A stretch of DNA of 16,903 nt from Theionarchaea archaeon. Lineage in GTDB: Archaea; Methanobacteriota_B; Thermococci; Methanofastidiosales; SZ-28-30. Position 1 is the first letter of the stretch; every line of letters starts with the position of its first letter. Positions 1 through 9,264 of the stretch are shown here, one piece after another. The position numbers were made by a program, and so were the translations under genes. The stretch covers positions 1 through 16,903 of the forward strand of contig JACVGW010000060.1 in the NCBI GenBank assembly GCA_018992565.1, written 5' to 3'. The notes beneath the pieces were generated by a model, which saw only the letters and a program-made list of their open reading frames with translations, was not told where the DNA came from and did no database searches.

Positions 1-77
1 TTGAATCGGAGCGTAGTCCGCTTGGGAGTCCTTATCTTTTTGCGTTTCATTGAACCTGAACGATACATTCCTCTCAT
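1..77 (-). CDS. rpl34e: 50S ribosomal protein L34e (eL34), N-terminal part, runs off window edge
   Basis: Manual translation from ATG at 77: MRGMYRSGSMKRKKIRTPKRTTLRF..., resembling the archaeal L34e N-terminus (YRS...RTP). GAGGTGAT SD at 81-88. Usual position after DUF106. Confidence 0.85.
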   Translation of the reverse strand, partial: MRGMYRSGSMKRKKIRTPKRTTLRF

Positions 78-86
78 GTCATCACC

Positions 87-608
87 TCATGCCATATCCA
101 GCACTTTACGGAAAGCTGTTGAGAAAAAGAAGCTGCACAGGAAATACCAGCCCAGCCAGCCCAGTGTACTCCCGAAATAGGGGAGCGTAAAGGGCAGATC
201 AATCACCAGACTAGCAGCTGCAGGTTGGCTACGCACCCATCCAAAGAAGACCATGATGGGAACAAGGGTAATCATCATGGGTTTCATTGTCATTCCTGTC
301 ATTTCCGCCTGTTGTTCCTTCACTTTCTTTCCTCTTGCTTCAAGCTTGCGCAGTTCCTTCTTATTCCCTGTTTTCTGTGCCTGGAGCATTCGGCTCTGGT
401 AATCAGACATCTCCTTTCGTATAGTCTTTAGTTTGTCCTGATCCACCAGGAAGTACTGGGCGCCGACTGAAAATACGCCCACAAGAATGGAGACAATGAA
501 CACTGCGTATATGCCGGGCAAGTCCCAGATAAACCCCAGTCCACCGTCTAGAAACCCATAGAAGTAGCTTGCGATTTCGCCCAGGACATCCCAAATTCCT
601 AATATCAT
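87..608 (-). CDS. EMC3/TMCO1 (DUF106) family membrane protein, Oxa1-superfamily insertase
   Basis: TM segment, then a charged coiled coil (VDQDKLKTIRKEM...QQAEM), MKPMMITLVP, and C-terminal LGWLGWYFLCS...FRKVL motif. Usual position downstream of secY. Confidence 0.9.
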   Translation of the reverse strand: MILGIWDVLGEIASYFYGFLDGGLGFIWDLPGIYAVFIVSILVGVFSVGAQYFLVDQDKLKTIRKEMSDYQSRMLQAQKTGNKKELRKLEARGKKVKEQQAEMTGMTMKPMMITLVPIMVFFGWVRSQPAAASLVIDLPFTLPYFGSTLGWLGWYFLCSFFFSTAFRKVLDMA

Positions 609-612
609 TCTA

Positions 613-1980
613 TCACTCTCCTAGGAAGCTTCTCAATGCGGGGAACATTTCAGACATCTGCTCCCTCATCAAGTCTTCATACATTCTATATACAATACCC
701 ACTGTCAGTAATATACCTGTCCCCGTTCCCAGTGCATTGGTGAAGGTGGCAAAGGCGGCCAGGAGTCCAATTGTCGCCCCTCCCATGATGGTCACCTTGG
801 GTATATAACGATTGAGCACCTTCTCCACCACTCTGGGGTCTCTCCTGAATCCGGGTATCTGCATACCTGACTGCTGCAACCGTTCGGCCACTGATCTGGG
901 GCCCATGTTGGTCAGTTCAATCCACATGGTGGCAAACAGAATACATCCACCAACCATAACCAGGAGGTACACCAGAGCCCGAATCGGTTCACTGGCTACC
1001 TGATCCAGCCCCACAGGAGGCGACAAATAGTACATCAACCCACTGGTGGCTGAAGATCCTTCAAAGGTGCCCAGAAACTCCCATCCGAACCGAGTATTCA
1101 GCAGACGGGCTACCAGGTTCGCTGACCCGATCATGGCAGATGTGAGGATCACGGGGATGACACTGGCATAAATGAACCTGATGGGGTACCTTCCCCTCAC
1201 TCCCTTGTACTTGCCGTAAGAGAGAGGTATCTCCACCCGCATAGATTCAGCATAGACCACCACCACGAATATGAGAACTGTAAAGAGCACCTGCACCATG
1301 TCTGGAAGGCCTGCCCTGGTCCATGTGGGTGTTCCTGCAATCACTGACCGGACAAACTGGGGGATAGCCCCTATCCACTGTCCGGGATATTCTTCAACTT
1401 CCAGTACGCTGAATGTTCTCCAGATAATGTCCTTGGCAACACCCCCTGCAATGAACAGGGAGACGCCAGAACCAAATCCCCACTTGGTGACCACTTCATC
1501 CATCAGGAGAACAAGAAATGCGCCTGCTGCCATCTGCAGCATAAGGAAAATCATGACATTCGTTCCCGGCCTTCCGAAGGCTCCTCCCCACACGAACATG
1601 AATGCTTCAAAAATGCAGAGGAAAATGGCCAGCAATTTCTGGAGGCCCTGGAACACTGTTTTGCCTTCATGAGTAGTAAGATCAAACTTGAAGATTTCTG
1701 CTCCCTGGAACAGCTGCATGAAAATGCCAGCCATGACCACGGGACCAATACCGAGCGTGATAAGGGTACCTTGCTCACTGGCCAGTACTGCTTTGAAATA
1801 GCCAAAATAATCCTGTGAGGTTCCTGTCATTCCATACAGAGGAATTTCCCCCAGGACAAAATAAACTACCAGGATGACTGCTGACCAGGTGAGCTTCTCT
1901 TTAAATGGGATATGTCTTTTGGGAATGCTCACTTCAGGGAGCAGGTGAAACACAGGCATTAACTTTTCAGCCAGTGACAT
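613..1980 (-). CDS. secY: Protein translocase subunit SecY/Sec61alpha
   Basis: 455 aa polytopic protein with LPEV..P, GTLITLGIGP, LMDEVVTKWGFGSGVSLFIA, YPIRFIYASVIPVIL, GMQIPGFRRD and GTGTGILLTVGI motifs. Confidence 0.99.
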   Translation of the reverse strand: MSLAEKLMPVFHLLPEVSIPKRHIPFKEKLTWSAVILVVYFVLGEIPLYGMTGTSQDYFGYFKAVLASEQGTLITLGIGPVVMAGIFMQLFQGAEIFKFDLTTHEGKTVFQGLQKLLAIFLCIFEAFMFVWGGAFGRPGTNVMIFLMLQMAAGAFLVLLMDEVVTKWGFGSGVSLFIAGGVAKDIIWRTFSVLEVEEYPGQWIGAIPQFVRSVIAGTPTWTRAGLPDMVQVLFTVLIFVVVVYAESMRVEIPLSYGKYKGVRGRYPIRFIYASVIPVILTSAMIGSANLVARLLNTRFGWEFLGTFEGSSATSGLMYYLSPPVGLDQVASEPIRALVYLLVMVGGCILFATMWIELTNMGPRSVAERLQQSGMQIPGFRRDPRVVEKVLNRYIPKVTIMGGATIGLLAAFATFTNALGTGTGILLTVGIVYRMYEDLMREQMSEMFPALRSFLGE

Positions 1981-2416
1981 TGCACACTCCTCCCTTTTCC
2001 TCTATCTTTTGAATAGCTGATTTTGAGAATTTGGACGCTGTAACGTCTAATTTCCGGGTTACTCTCCCCCCTCCCAGAACCTTGGTCACTCCCAGGGCTT
2101 TCACATCGATAGAAACACTGTCTTTCTTCTTTTGGGCTAATCCCTGCTGAAGGTAGTACTCAATGTTCTGATCCAGTTCCTGCACACTGATGGTCTCATC
2201 TGTAACCTGGACAGCAGGGGGACGCTTGAACCCCCTCCTACCCAAATGATTCGGAAGGGTTTGTCTCACCCAATCGTACTTCGTCTTCTTGTTCTTTCCA
2301 CCACCTGCCAGTCCTCTGCCTCCTCTATTTCCAGCTCCCCGCCTCTTCTTGGCATTACCGCCTCCGCAGGTCCGGGAGCCCCTCATGGTCCTGATCTTTT
2401 TTCGTTTTCTTCTCAT
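1967..2416 (-). CDS. rpl15: 50S ribosomal protein L15 (uL15)
   Basis: RGSRTCGGG..KKRRGAGNRGGRGLAG, KVLGGG, FSKSAIQKIEEKGG. Overlaps the secY start by 14 nt. Confidence 0.97.
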   Translation of the reverse strand: MRRKRKKIRTMRGSRTCGGGNAKKRRGAGNRGGRGLAGGGKNKKTKYDWVRQTLPNHLGRRGFKRPPAVQVTDETISVQELDQNIEYYLQQGLAQKKKDSVSIDVKALGVTKVLGGGRVTRKLDVTASKFSKSAIQKIEEKGGVCNVTG

Positions 2417-2426
2417 GCAACCACCT

Positions 2427-2888
2427 TTATATCATTCGTCTTACCAGTTCGTTGATAGCTGGTCCCCTGTATCCTACAGAACCTCCCTGAGAGAAGGCCC
2501 GTTTGATGTCCTTGTATCCTTTTCGGGGAGGGTGCAGTCTGAATAGTGGTTTTGTCCCCAGGTCATCCAGTTCTTTTTCAAATGCCATGACACTGGAAGT
2601 GAACTCGGAAACTGTCTGACCTACTCTCTCTTTTACGTACTGCTCGGTTATCTTCTCATCTCCGGGAAGCCTGGCCCACTTGGAAAGCAGAGCTTCCAGG
2701 ACAGGCTGCTCAATCTCCCCGTATGTTACGTAGTCTTTTGCCTTGTCAAGCATCCCTAAGAAGTCCGGCCTGTCATCGACAAGAACTGCATGGTTTATCC
2801 GGGTCAGATTAAGCATCTTGAGGGTATCCTTGATATCCTTTCTTACCTTTGAAGTGCTGCGAACCGCCACCACGATTATCCTGTTCAT
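2427..2888 (-). CDS. rpl30: 50S ribosomal protein L30 (uL30, archaeal long form)
   Basis: DTLKMLNLTRINH, KDYVTYGEI, FRLHPPRKG, GYRG..INELVRRMI. Confidence 0.97.
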   Translation of the reverse strand: MNRIIVVAVRSTSKVRKDIKDTLKMLNLTRINHAVLVDDRPDFLGMLDKAKDYVTYGEIEQPVLEALLSKWARLPGDEKITEQYVKERVGQTVSEFTSSVMAFEKELDDLGTKPLFRLHPPRKGYKDIKRAFSQGGSVGYRGPAINELVRRMI

Positions 2889-3541
2889 TATTCCACCTTC
2901 CCAGTGACTACTCCAATCTGCCGGGCTGCTCCTTCCTGTACACTGGTGGTTGTGGTCTGCTTCAACGCATTAAATACGGCCTTGGCAAAGTTCACTGTGG
3001 TCTGGGTCTGGCCTTCTGTGAAGGACCACACATCCCTGACGCCTGCCAGTGTGAGTATTTTCTTTCCGATGTCTCCGATTGCCAATCCCAGTCCCCGTGG
3101 AGCGGGCTTGAGGATGACGCGCACACTGGAAGATTTGCCTGTCACTCTGAAGGGAACAGAATGGTGCCTTCCACAGGCACATTCCCAACTCCCACACCCT
3201 CGTCGCACCTCAATGAGGTTGATTTTGGCATTATCAAGGGCTTTCCGTATAGCTGGACCCACTTCTCCTGCTTTTGCTTCTCCAAGTCCCACAAAGCCAT
3301 TCTTATTTCCCACCACGGCCACCACAGAGAACTTGACTCTTCTCCCTGAGTCAGTCATTCTCTGCACCATGTTCACATTGAGGACTTCCTGATAATCTTT
3401 TTCATTCAATTCGGGCATCAGAGCATCAATGATGCCTATTTCCATGATCTTATTTGATGAGCGTAATACATCGGACATGCTGGTTACGGCCCCTTCCTTG
3501 ACCTTCTTTCCCAGCTCTGTCTGAGGAATCCATTCATTCAT
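2888..3541 (-). CDS. rps5: 30S ribosomal protein S5 (uS5)
   Basis: [54 protein letters not shown]. Confidence 0.98.
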   Translation of the reverse strand: MNEWIPQTELGKKVKEGAVTSMSDVLRSSNKIMEIGIIDALMPELNEKDYQEVLNVNMVQRMTDSGRRVKFSVVAVVGNKNGFVGLGEAKAGEVGPAIRKALDNAKINLIEVRRGCGSWECACGRHHSVPFRVTGKSSSVRVILKPAPRGLGLAIGDIGKKILTLAGVRDVWSFTEGQTQTTVNFAKAVFNALKQTTTTSVQEGAARQIGVVTGKVE

Positions 3542-4038
3542 GCTACTGCCTCCTTCATGTTCTTCAGTACTGAATCCACTGCATCCCCTGCCGTGATGTG
3601 AGCGCCCTTTATCCTGTCCTCTGAGGGCAGTATTGTCTCCCCGTAGGGAATGTCAAGCCCTGCATCAGCTGCTCCCTTGAGAGCTGCAAATAGCCGGGAT
3701 CCGGGGACAATCCGGTTAACACCAATATCCAGGACTGCTTTCTCAATCCCTTCCTTGAGTGCACGCACTCCGCACAAGTAGCCTGTCAGATATGCTGCGG
3801 GTATATTAGAAGTGGGCAAGCTCCATCCAAAGCTCTTGAGTTCACCGGAGTGAGCACAGGCCAGCGTTTTGTCACCCTGAGTTTCTGCCCTGACAACCTG
3901 AACAGCCACATGCTTCAGTGACTTTCTCACCACAAGCCTGTCCCGCCCTGATCGCACCATAGTGATCCGCTGGTGATAGTCTGTCTTTCCTTCTCGCCTC
4001 CGCCTGGAGGCCACCCGGTAACGAGGTCCATGCGCCAT
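3538..4038 (-). CDS. rpl18: 50S ribosomal protein L18 (uL18)
   Basis: [49 protein letters not shown]. Confidence 0.98.
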   Translation of the reverse strand: MAHGPRYRVASRRRREGKTDYHQRITMVRSGRDRLVVRKSLKHVAVQVVRAETQGDKTLACAHSGELKSFGWSLPTSNIPAAYLTGYLCGVRALKEGIEKAVLDIGVNRIVPGSRLFAALKGAADAGLDIPYGETILPSEDRIKGAHITAGDAVDSVLKNMKEAVA

Positions 4039-4040
4039 GG

Positions 4041-4496
4041 TTATCGCCTCTTTCGTACAAGGCTGTGTTCATCTATGTATGTACGCAGGTGGGTCACACT
4101 CCTGAAGGCTCCACCCTTGGCCATCCTGTACAGCCTGCGGTAGACGTCACGCTCAATGTATCGAGTGTCTCTCATAGTCTTGAGTTCGCGTCTCTGGGAT
4201 CTGATTCTCTGCATCCATCGCCCTTTCCGGGAGCTGCGTGCGTTCGCAGTACCTTTTCTTGTTCCATAGCCTTTTCTTCGACCTTTTTTTCTTTGGAGAG
4301 TCCTCTTTCTAGCCCTCACATGAGAGATAGCTTTCTCCGGCTTCTTCTTGATAAGTCCCCTGTGAACCAACTTCCTGATGTCTTCCCGAGTAATGGCCAT
4401 GGAAATCTCTTCTGCTCTCTCTCTGTCCAGCCATACCCGGTGGACTCCACAATCCATCACATCTGACGCTATCCGTTTCTGGACACTGAGGTTCAT
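4041..4496 (-). CDS. rpl19e: 50S ribosomal protein L19e (eL19)
   Basis: L..QKRIAS....[44 protein letters not shown]. Confidence 0.98.
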   Translation of the reverse strand: MNLSVQKRIASDVMDCGVHRVWLDRERAEEISMAITREDIRKLVHRGLIKKKPEKAISHVRARKRTLQRKKGRRKGYGTRKGTANARSSRKGRWMQRIRSQRRELKTMRDTRYIERDVYRRLYRMAKGGAFRSVTHLRTYIDEHSLVRKRR

Positions 4497-5116
4497 TCAA
4501 CCACCTCGATACCCTCGTCTTCTGCACGTTCCAGTACGTCTTCTCGTTCATCTTCAGTGAGTTTATCAGATACATGCCATGACACAATAACATCTCTCAG
4601 GGGGAGGAGGGATTCCAGCTCTTCAAGAGATGCAATTTTGGCAACTCTCACTTTGGGATTTGCCACATACAGGTTCTTTTCACGGGCTGCTCGTACCAGA
4701 TCAAGTTTCTTGCGGTTTCCCACTCCAGAACTAATTCGAAGAACATAAGGTGTCTGAGGTTTTTTCTTCGATTTCCGACCTGATTGTGACTTTCTTTTTG
4801 ATTTTCCTTCTGATAGCTGGGCCGCTTCTGCTGACTCTTCTATCTGAATTCGATTGATATCCTGAAGAGTATGAACAGTGATCTCAGGAGCACCTCGAGG
4901 ATGCCACCCTCGTATCAACTTGGGGCTCCTGTACCCCACAGTTACCGAGAAGGGCTTGGCCCGTTCCCTGGCACGCATTTTGCTTCTCTTTCCCCTGGGT
5001 TTCCTCCAGGAAGCTTTCTTGAATCGTTTCAACTTCCAGTGTTCCTGATGGAGAAATGCAGGTCTCTTCTGTTTCATACTCCGTCGCAGCCGCAATAATC
5101 GATTCTTGTCCGTCAT
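4493..5116 (-). CDS. rpl32e: 50S ribosomal protein L32e (eL32), extended 207-aa form
   Basis: KRPAF, WRKPRG..SKMR, VGYRSPK..RG.HP.G, RISSGVG.RKK...ANP core. Position between L6 and L19e. Has an internal insert and a ~52-aa C-terminal extension. Confidence 0.95.
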   Translation of the reverse strand: MTDKNRLLRLRRSMKQKRPAFLHQEHWKLKRFKKASWRKPRGKRSKMRARERAKPFSVTVGYRSPKLIRGWHPRGAPEITVHTLQDINRIQIEESAEAAQLSEGKSKRKSQSGRKSKKKPQTPYVLRISSGVGNRKKLDLVRAAREKNLYVANPKVRVAKIASLEELESLLPLRDVIVSWHVSDKLTEDEREDVLERAEDEGIEVVE

Positions 5117-5649
5117 TTCAGTTTCACCCCGTCTCTTTCAATGAGGTATATCCCATCCTGGAATACCCGAGGATCTCTATGTCTCACCCGTGTGGCCTGT
5201 TCCAGGTTGGCTGCAGTCTGACCAACATGTTCTTTGCTGATGCCAGTAACAGTAATAGCTTCTGCCTGTACTTTGACCTGGGTGTCTCCCATGATATTCG
5301 CATAGCGGGGATACTTCTCGCCCAGAAAGTTGTCTATCTTGACCTTATCCCCATCGACAGTGACATTCATGGGGAAGTGGGCATAGAAGACTTTCAACTT
5401 GTATTCGAATCCTTCCTGTACACCATGCACCATGTTGGCAGCATGAGATGCAATGGTGCCCAGTGCAGCAACATCACACTTTCTGCTGGAAGGAGTTGAC
5501 ACTACGATTCTGCCATCATCTATACGGATGACTGCAGAGGGCACTTTGAAGGTCTTGGTGAGTGTACCTTTTTTTCCTGTGACAGTGAGGGTTTTCCCCT
5601 CGAGTTCCACAGTTACTCCATCTGGTATGAGGACTTCTTTCTCTTCCAT
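5113..5649 (-). CDS. rpl6: 50S ribosomal protein L6 (uL6)
   Basis: IPDGVTV, GFEYKLKVFYAHFPMNV, NFLGEKYPR, VGQTAANLEQAT, DPRVFQDGIY. Confidence 0.98.
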   Translation of the reverse strand: MEEKEVLIPDGVTVELEGKTLTVTGKKGTLTKTFKVPSAVIRIDDGRIVVSTPSSRKCDVAALGTIASHAANMVHGVQEGFEYKLKVFYAHFPMNVTVDGDKVKIDNFLGEKYPRYANIMGDTQVKVQAEAITVTGISKEHVGQTAANLEQATRVRHRDPRVFQDGIYLIERDGVKLK

Positions 5650-5657
5650 GCCATCAC

Positions 5658-6044
5658 CTAGTACACATATGCCAGCAGGCGTCCTCCCATCTCTCCTGAT
5701 TCAGCCTCCAGGTGATCCATGACCCCCTTGGGGGTGGACACAATGAGGATACCGAATCCTTTGGCAGGGAGGTACCGCCTCTCCCATTTCTCAAACTCAT
5801 TCCACTTGGATGCATGCCTGGGCTTTATGACCCCGCACCTGTTGACATTCCCCAAAAGTTCTGCCTTGAACTTTCCATTTTGTGGGTCATCAACGTACTC
5901 GAATGTTCCAATGTAGTTATGCTTCTGCATGACCCGCAGGACATTCCCTATAGCCTTGGAATAGGGCACAACACAGTACCGCTTCCGAGCTTTCTCGTGG
6001 ATATTGATGTTGGACAGGGCATTGGATAAAGGATCGTTGAGCAT
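5658..6044 (-). CDS. rps8: 30S ribosomal protein S8 (uS8)
   Basis: MLNDPLSNALS..., GVIKPR, WERRYLPAKGFGILIVST..GVM.H.EA...GGRLLAYVY. Start reassigned to the ATG at 6044 (128 aa, AGGTGG SD), because the longer 6197 ORF overlaps S14. Confidence 0.97.
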   Translation of the reverse strand: MLNDPLSNALSNINIHEKARKRYCVVPYSKAIGNVLRVMQKHNYIGTFEYVDDPQNGKFKAELLGNVNRCGVIKPRHASKWNEFEKWERRYLPAKGFGILIVSTPKGVMDHLEAESGEMGGRLLAYVY

Positions 6045-6052
6045 GATACCAC

Positions 6053-6193
6053 CTACGAATATTTCTTGAATCCAATCTTTGGAGCAAATTCCCTGAAGCA
6101 TTGTCTGCAAATATTCAATCCGTAGGCCCTGATGACCGGTCCATGACTTCCGCATCGTCTGCATGTTCTGCTGCCTTTCCCGAATTTTTTCAT
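6053..6193 (-). CDS. rps14: 30S ribosomal protein S14 (uS14, zinc-binding type)
   Basis: Not in the ORF track (46 aa). Manual translation [46 protein letters not shown], with CxxC...CRQC. ATGA overlap with the L5 stop, GGTGA SD. Confidence 0.97.
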   Translation of the reverse strand: MKKFGKGSRTCRRCGSHGPVIRAYGLNICRQCFREFAPKIGFKKYS

Positions 6194-6696
6194 ACAATTC
6201 TCACCCCGAAGTTCTCCTTAACAAACTCCATGGCTTCATTTACAGTCACATAATCGCGATGATGAATGGACTTTTTCTGGATTTTTCTTCTCTTTATCCT
6301 GAACCCAGATCTCTCCAGTGTCACAGCAACGTCCATCCCAAAAATGCCCACTGCAGGATCATATTTCACACTTGGAAGATCAATATGTTCCCCGATTCCA
6401 AAAGCAAAGTTTCCCTTGTTGTCAAAGTTGCTTTCGGCCAGAGTCTTCTCCTTGGCCTCCAGTGCTCTTTTCAAAAAAGAGTCTGCTTTCGCATGACGCA
6501 AGGTCACCTTCACTCCAATGGGCTCTCCTTTCCTGATACCGAAGTCTCTATTGGAGACTTTTGCTTTTGTCCGTACTGGAGCCTGATCAGTAAGCTGTTG
6601 GAGGAGCTTCTCTGCTTTCTCCAGTGGCTCTCCTGATTCGCCCAATCCCATATTGACAACGACTTTCCCGATTCTCGGCTTGCGCATGATGTTCAT
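6190..6696 (-). CDS. rpl5: 50S ribosomal protein L5 (uL5)
   Basis: [60 protein letters not shown]. Confidence 0.98.
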   Translation of the reverse strand: MNIMRKPRIGKVVVNMGLGESGEPLEKAEKLLQQLTDQAPVRTKAKVSNRDFGIRKGEPIGVKVTLRHAKADSFLKRALEAKEKTLAESNFDNKGNFAFGIGEHIDLPSVKYDPAVGIFGMDVAVTLERSGFRIKRRKIQKKSIHHRDYVTVNEAMEFVKENFGVRIV

Positions 6697-7395
6697 TTAA
6701 TCACCCAGTGATATGGCACTTTGCTTGGTTCCCAGCACGAAAACGTAGTCTCTCAACGTCCTGAATACTTCTTCTCCCTCGATTTCCACCAGTTCATCTC
6801 GCATTGATGTGATCTTTCCTGTTCTGGAAACGTTCCTTCCCGCAGTTATCATTGCATAGCTGCCTGTGGCAAAGGGAAAATACTCTGCAATACTCTGTTT
6901 TTCAAAATCGTACAGGAGAGTCCCGAAGGTACTATACCCTTTGCTGTCCACATGCATGGAGGTGCCATCATGGAACCCCAGCTGGATTTTCTGGCCTTTC
7001 GCCAGCTGTTTTCCGGTAATCTTCAAGGGTCTCATGTGTCGTTCTTCACCTGTTATTGGATGAAGGATCAGGCCTCCTTTCTGGTTGGGCAGCACCCTGT
7101 AGCATTCGTCTATCAAGGGTATTTCCACCACATCCAGAATTCCCACTGGAAACTTGAAGTCTGTTCTCACTCGACCATTTATTTTCACTTTGCGCTCATT
7201 GAGAATGCGCTTCGATTCCCTCAATGTGCGAGCATATCCAAGATAATCTCTCAGGATGAATGCCAGGGGAAGTGCCTCTCTCGTGTGAGGACCCGGATGG
7301 GGGTTGATGGTCCACTTCATGTGCTTCCTGGCAATGGGCCATCCCCGGGGAGCTTTTGATCGTTTCAATCCTTTCTTCTGTCCTTTTCTCGCCAT
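6697..7395 (-). CDS. rps4e: 30S ribosomal protein S4e (eS4)
   Basis: LKR.KAP..W.I.RK..KW...P.PGPH, LRDYLGYA, NGRVRTDFKFPVG.LDV, F.TL.DYVFVLG. Confidence 0.97.
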   Translation of the reverse strand: MARKGQKKGLKRSKAPRGWPIARKHMKWTINPHPGPHTREALPLAFILRDYLGYARTLRESKRILNERKVKINGRVRTDFKFPVGILDVVEIPLIDECYRVLPNQKGGLILHPITGEERHMRPLKITGKQLAKGQKIQLGFHDGTSMHVDSKGYSTFGTLLYDFEKQSIAEYFPFATGSYAMITAGRNVSRTGKITSMRDELVEIEGEEVFRTLRDYVFVLGTKQSAISLGD

Positions 7396-7397
7396 GG

Positions 7398-7790
7398 TTA
7401 CACCTTTCTCTCTATGATCCTGGAACGCCTGTCATCTTTCAAATTGAGATCTGTAATTACTACCTTGGAGGGGTGTATGGCGTAGTAGCGTTCAGTGCCA
7501 TCTGCCTTCTCAACGGTAACACCATCAACATGAATACGCATTCTCCTCAAATCGACCTCAACGACTTCTCCTTCGGTGTAGGCAAAATCCCCACGAGCCA
7601 CCCGTACCTTGTCCTTGGTCTTGACTGGGAGCCTTTTCACACCATATCTACTTTGGAGGTCCTCAGAAAGAGGTGCAGTCATCATTCTGCGCCTCCTGTG
7701 GGCAGGGGCAGTATATAATACTTTTCTCTGCCTTCGGGGATGCTTGGATTTTATCCTGTATTTTGGTTTGGGTAATGATTTCTTGTTCAT
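7398..7790 (-). CDS. rpl24: 50S ribosomal protein L24 (uL24)
   Basis: SKHPRRQRK.LY.AP.H.R, D.VRV.RGD, EG.V..VD, IHPSKVVIT.L.L.D.RR. Confidence 0.97.
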   Translation of the reverse strand: MNKKSLPKPKYRIKSKHPRRQRKVLYTAPAHRRRRMMTAPLSEDLQSRYGVKRLPVKTKDKVRVARGDFAYTEGEVVEVDLRRMRIHVDGVTVEKADGTERYYAIHPSKVVITDLNLKDDRRSRIIERKV

Positions 7791-7793
7791 AGG

Positions 7794-8219
7794 TTACACC
7801 ACGATATTTGCTGCACTAGAAAGCCTGACCCACTTTTCCACAGCTTCTTTTGCTACCGGGCCCCGTATCTCTGTCCCAGTAGGGACCCCGTCTTCTCCTG
7901 TTATGACGGCTGCATTGTCTTCGAACTTTATCCTGATTCCTGATGCCCGTCGGTACTCCTTCTTCTGCCTGACAATGACAGCATTGACCACTTTCTTCCT
8001 GACGTCGGGTCGTCCCTTTTTCACAGAAGCCATTACCATGTCTCCCACACCTGCCTTGGGATATCTCCGCAGGACCCCATGGTATTCTCTCACTGAGACG
8101 ATTTCAAGTTCCTTTGCTCCTGTATTATCAGCGCATACCAGGCGAGATCCTGTAGTCAGGGCCCGGGTAGGTCTGGCAAGGGACCGGCCCCTGGTGGCTC
8201 CTGCACCTTTCTTTCCCAT
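7794..8219 (-). CDS. rpl14: 50S ribosomal protein L14 (uL14)
   Basis: [15 protein letters not shown]....[36 protein letters not shown]. Start set at ATG 8219 (GAGGTGA SD, TGATG overlap with the S17 stop). Confidence 0.98.
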   Translation of the reverse strand: MGKKGAGATRGRSLARPTRALTTGSRLVCADNTGAKELEIVSVREYHGVLRRYPKAGVGDMVMASVKKGRPDVRKKVVNAVIVRQKKEYRRASGIRIKFEDNAAVITGEDGVPTGTEIRGPVAKEAVEKWVRLSSAANIVV

Positions 8220-8509
8220 CACATCACCTCCGTCACCACGAAGTGCTTGGTCTTTGATAGAGGCCTGCATTCAGCTATTCTCACTCTGTCTCCAGTTTTG
8301 GCTGCAATACAGGGAGGATTGTGAGCGGGAATACGGGAACTGCATTTTTTGTACCGTTCATACTTGGGAACATACCTGACGTGGTCCCTGCGTACCACCA
8401 CGGTAGACTGCATCTTGTCTGATACAACCTCACCTTCCAGTACCTGTCCCCGTGTACTCAGGGTCCCATGTATAGGGCAATTTGGGTCAGTGCATTTCTT
8501 CTTTGCCAT
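8219..8509 (-). CDS. rps17: 30S ribosomal protein S17 (uS17)
   Basis: [50 protein letters not shown]. Confidence 0.98.
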   Translation of the reverse strand: MAKKKCTDPNCPIHGTLSTRGQVLEGEVVSDKMQSTVVVRRDHVRYVPKYERYKKCSSRIPAHNPPCIAAKTGDRVRIAECRPLSKTKHFVVTEVM

Positions 8510-8513
8510 TTTC

Positions 8514-8744
8514 TCACCTTTTCATTCTGTCTTCAGGTCGTCCTATGAGCTCTCTTCCGTCGACTGTGCGTCCGTCCAGCAGGACAACCACATTCTTTTT
8601 GATAAGCCACTTGAGCTTTCCATTCTCAATTTGAATCATGTTTTGTGTTTCATCCACCACAGTCCCCCTTGAATGGAGGTCTGCAGGGTTCGTACTGAAT
8701 ATGACTTCAAGCTCCTTTCCGATTATCAGAGTCCTGTAGGTCAT
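8514..8744 (-). CDS. rnp1: Ribonuclease P protein component 1 (Rpp29/Pop4)
   Basis: IIG..LEV..STNP.....[10 protein letters not shown]....[15 protein letters not shown]. Usual position between SUI1/L29 and S17. Confidence 0.93.
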   Translation of the reverse strand: MTYRTLIIGKELEVIFSTNPADLHSRGTVVDETQNMIQIENGKLKWLIKKNVVVLLDGRTVDGRELIGRPEDRMKR

Positions 8745-9049
8745 CTGACGTCAATCATATCTTCACTGTATCCTGTCTTGACCAGAATGTCCAATACCCG
8801 CCTTTTCTGGTCTCCCTGCAATTCGATTCTCCCGTCTTTCACTGTGCCGCCACAGGCGCACTTTGTTTTGAGCTGGCTGCTCAGGTCTTTGAGATCGATG
8901 TCCTTTCGATTGATTCCATCTATTATTGTCATGAGCTTGCCAAACCGCCGTCGTGTGGTATATATCTGGATGTGCTGCTCTTCCATGGCAATCTCTTCGC
9001 ATACACACAGCTCCTTGGGCAAGCCGCAGACTGAACATATCTCACTCAT
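8741..9049 (-). CDS. sui1: Translation initiation factor SUI1/aIF1 homolog
   Basis: [51 protein letters not shown]. Confidence 0.97.
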   Translation of the reverse strand: MSEICSVCGLPKELCVCEEIAMEEQHIQIYTTRRRFGKLMTIIDGINRKDIDLKDLSSQLKTKCACGGTVKDGRIELQGDQKRRVLDILVKTGYSEDMIDVR

Positions 9050-9264
9050 TTATTCAACCTCTCTTCTTCCTCCCTTTGGTAAATTAAGGTATGTAACCGA
9101 GCTATGGTGCGTCTCAAAGCTCGTATCCTTCCCGGATTTTCAGGAGCAGTGCCGGTGGCCAGAAGCGCCTGTTCCTTGGAGTATTCTGCTCGCAGCTCTC
9201 TCCTTTTTTCCTTCATTTCCTCAAGCGACATATCCCGTATATTTTCTGCTCTCAATATTGCCAC
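9046..9264 (-). CDS. rpl29: 50S ribosomal protein L29 (uL29)
   Basis: [32 protein letters not shown]. Confidence 0.97.
   Translation of the reverse strand: MAILRAENIRDMSLEEMKEKRRELRAEYSKEQALLATGTAPENPGRIRALRRTIARLHTLIYQREEEERLNK

Noticed and set aside
5658..6197. 179-aa N-terminally extended S8
   Set aside because: The extra 51 codons overlap the real S14 gene in another frame. S8 homology begins at MLNDP (6044), which has its own SD.
7794..8270. 158-aa extended L14
   Set aside because: The extension lies within S17. The ATG at 8219 has a GAGGTGA SD and overlaps the S17 stop.
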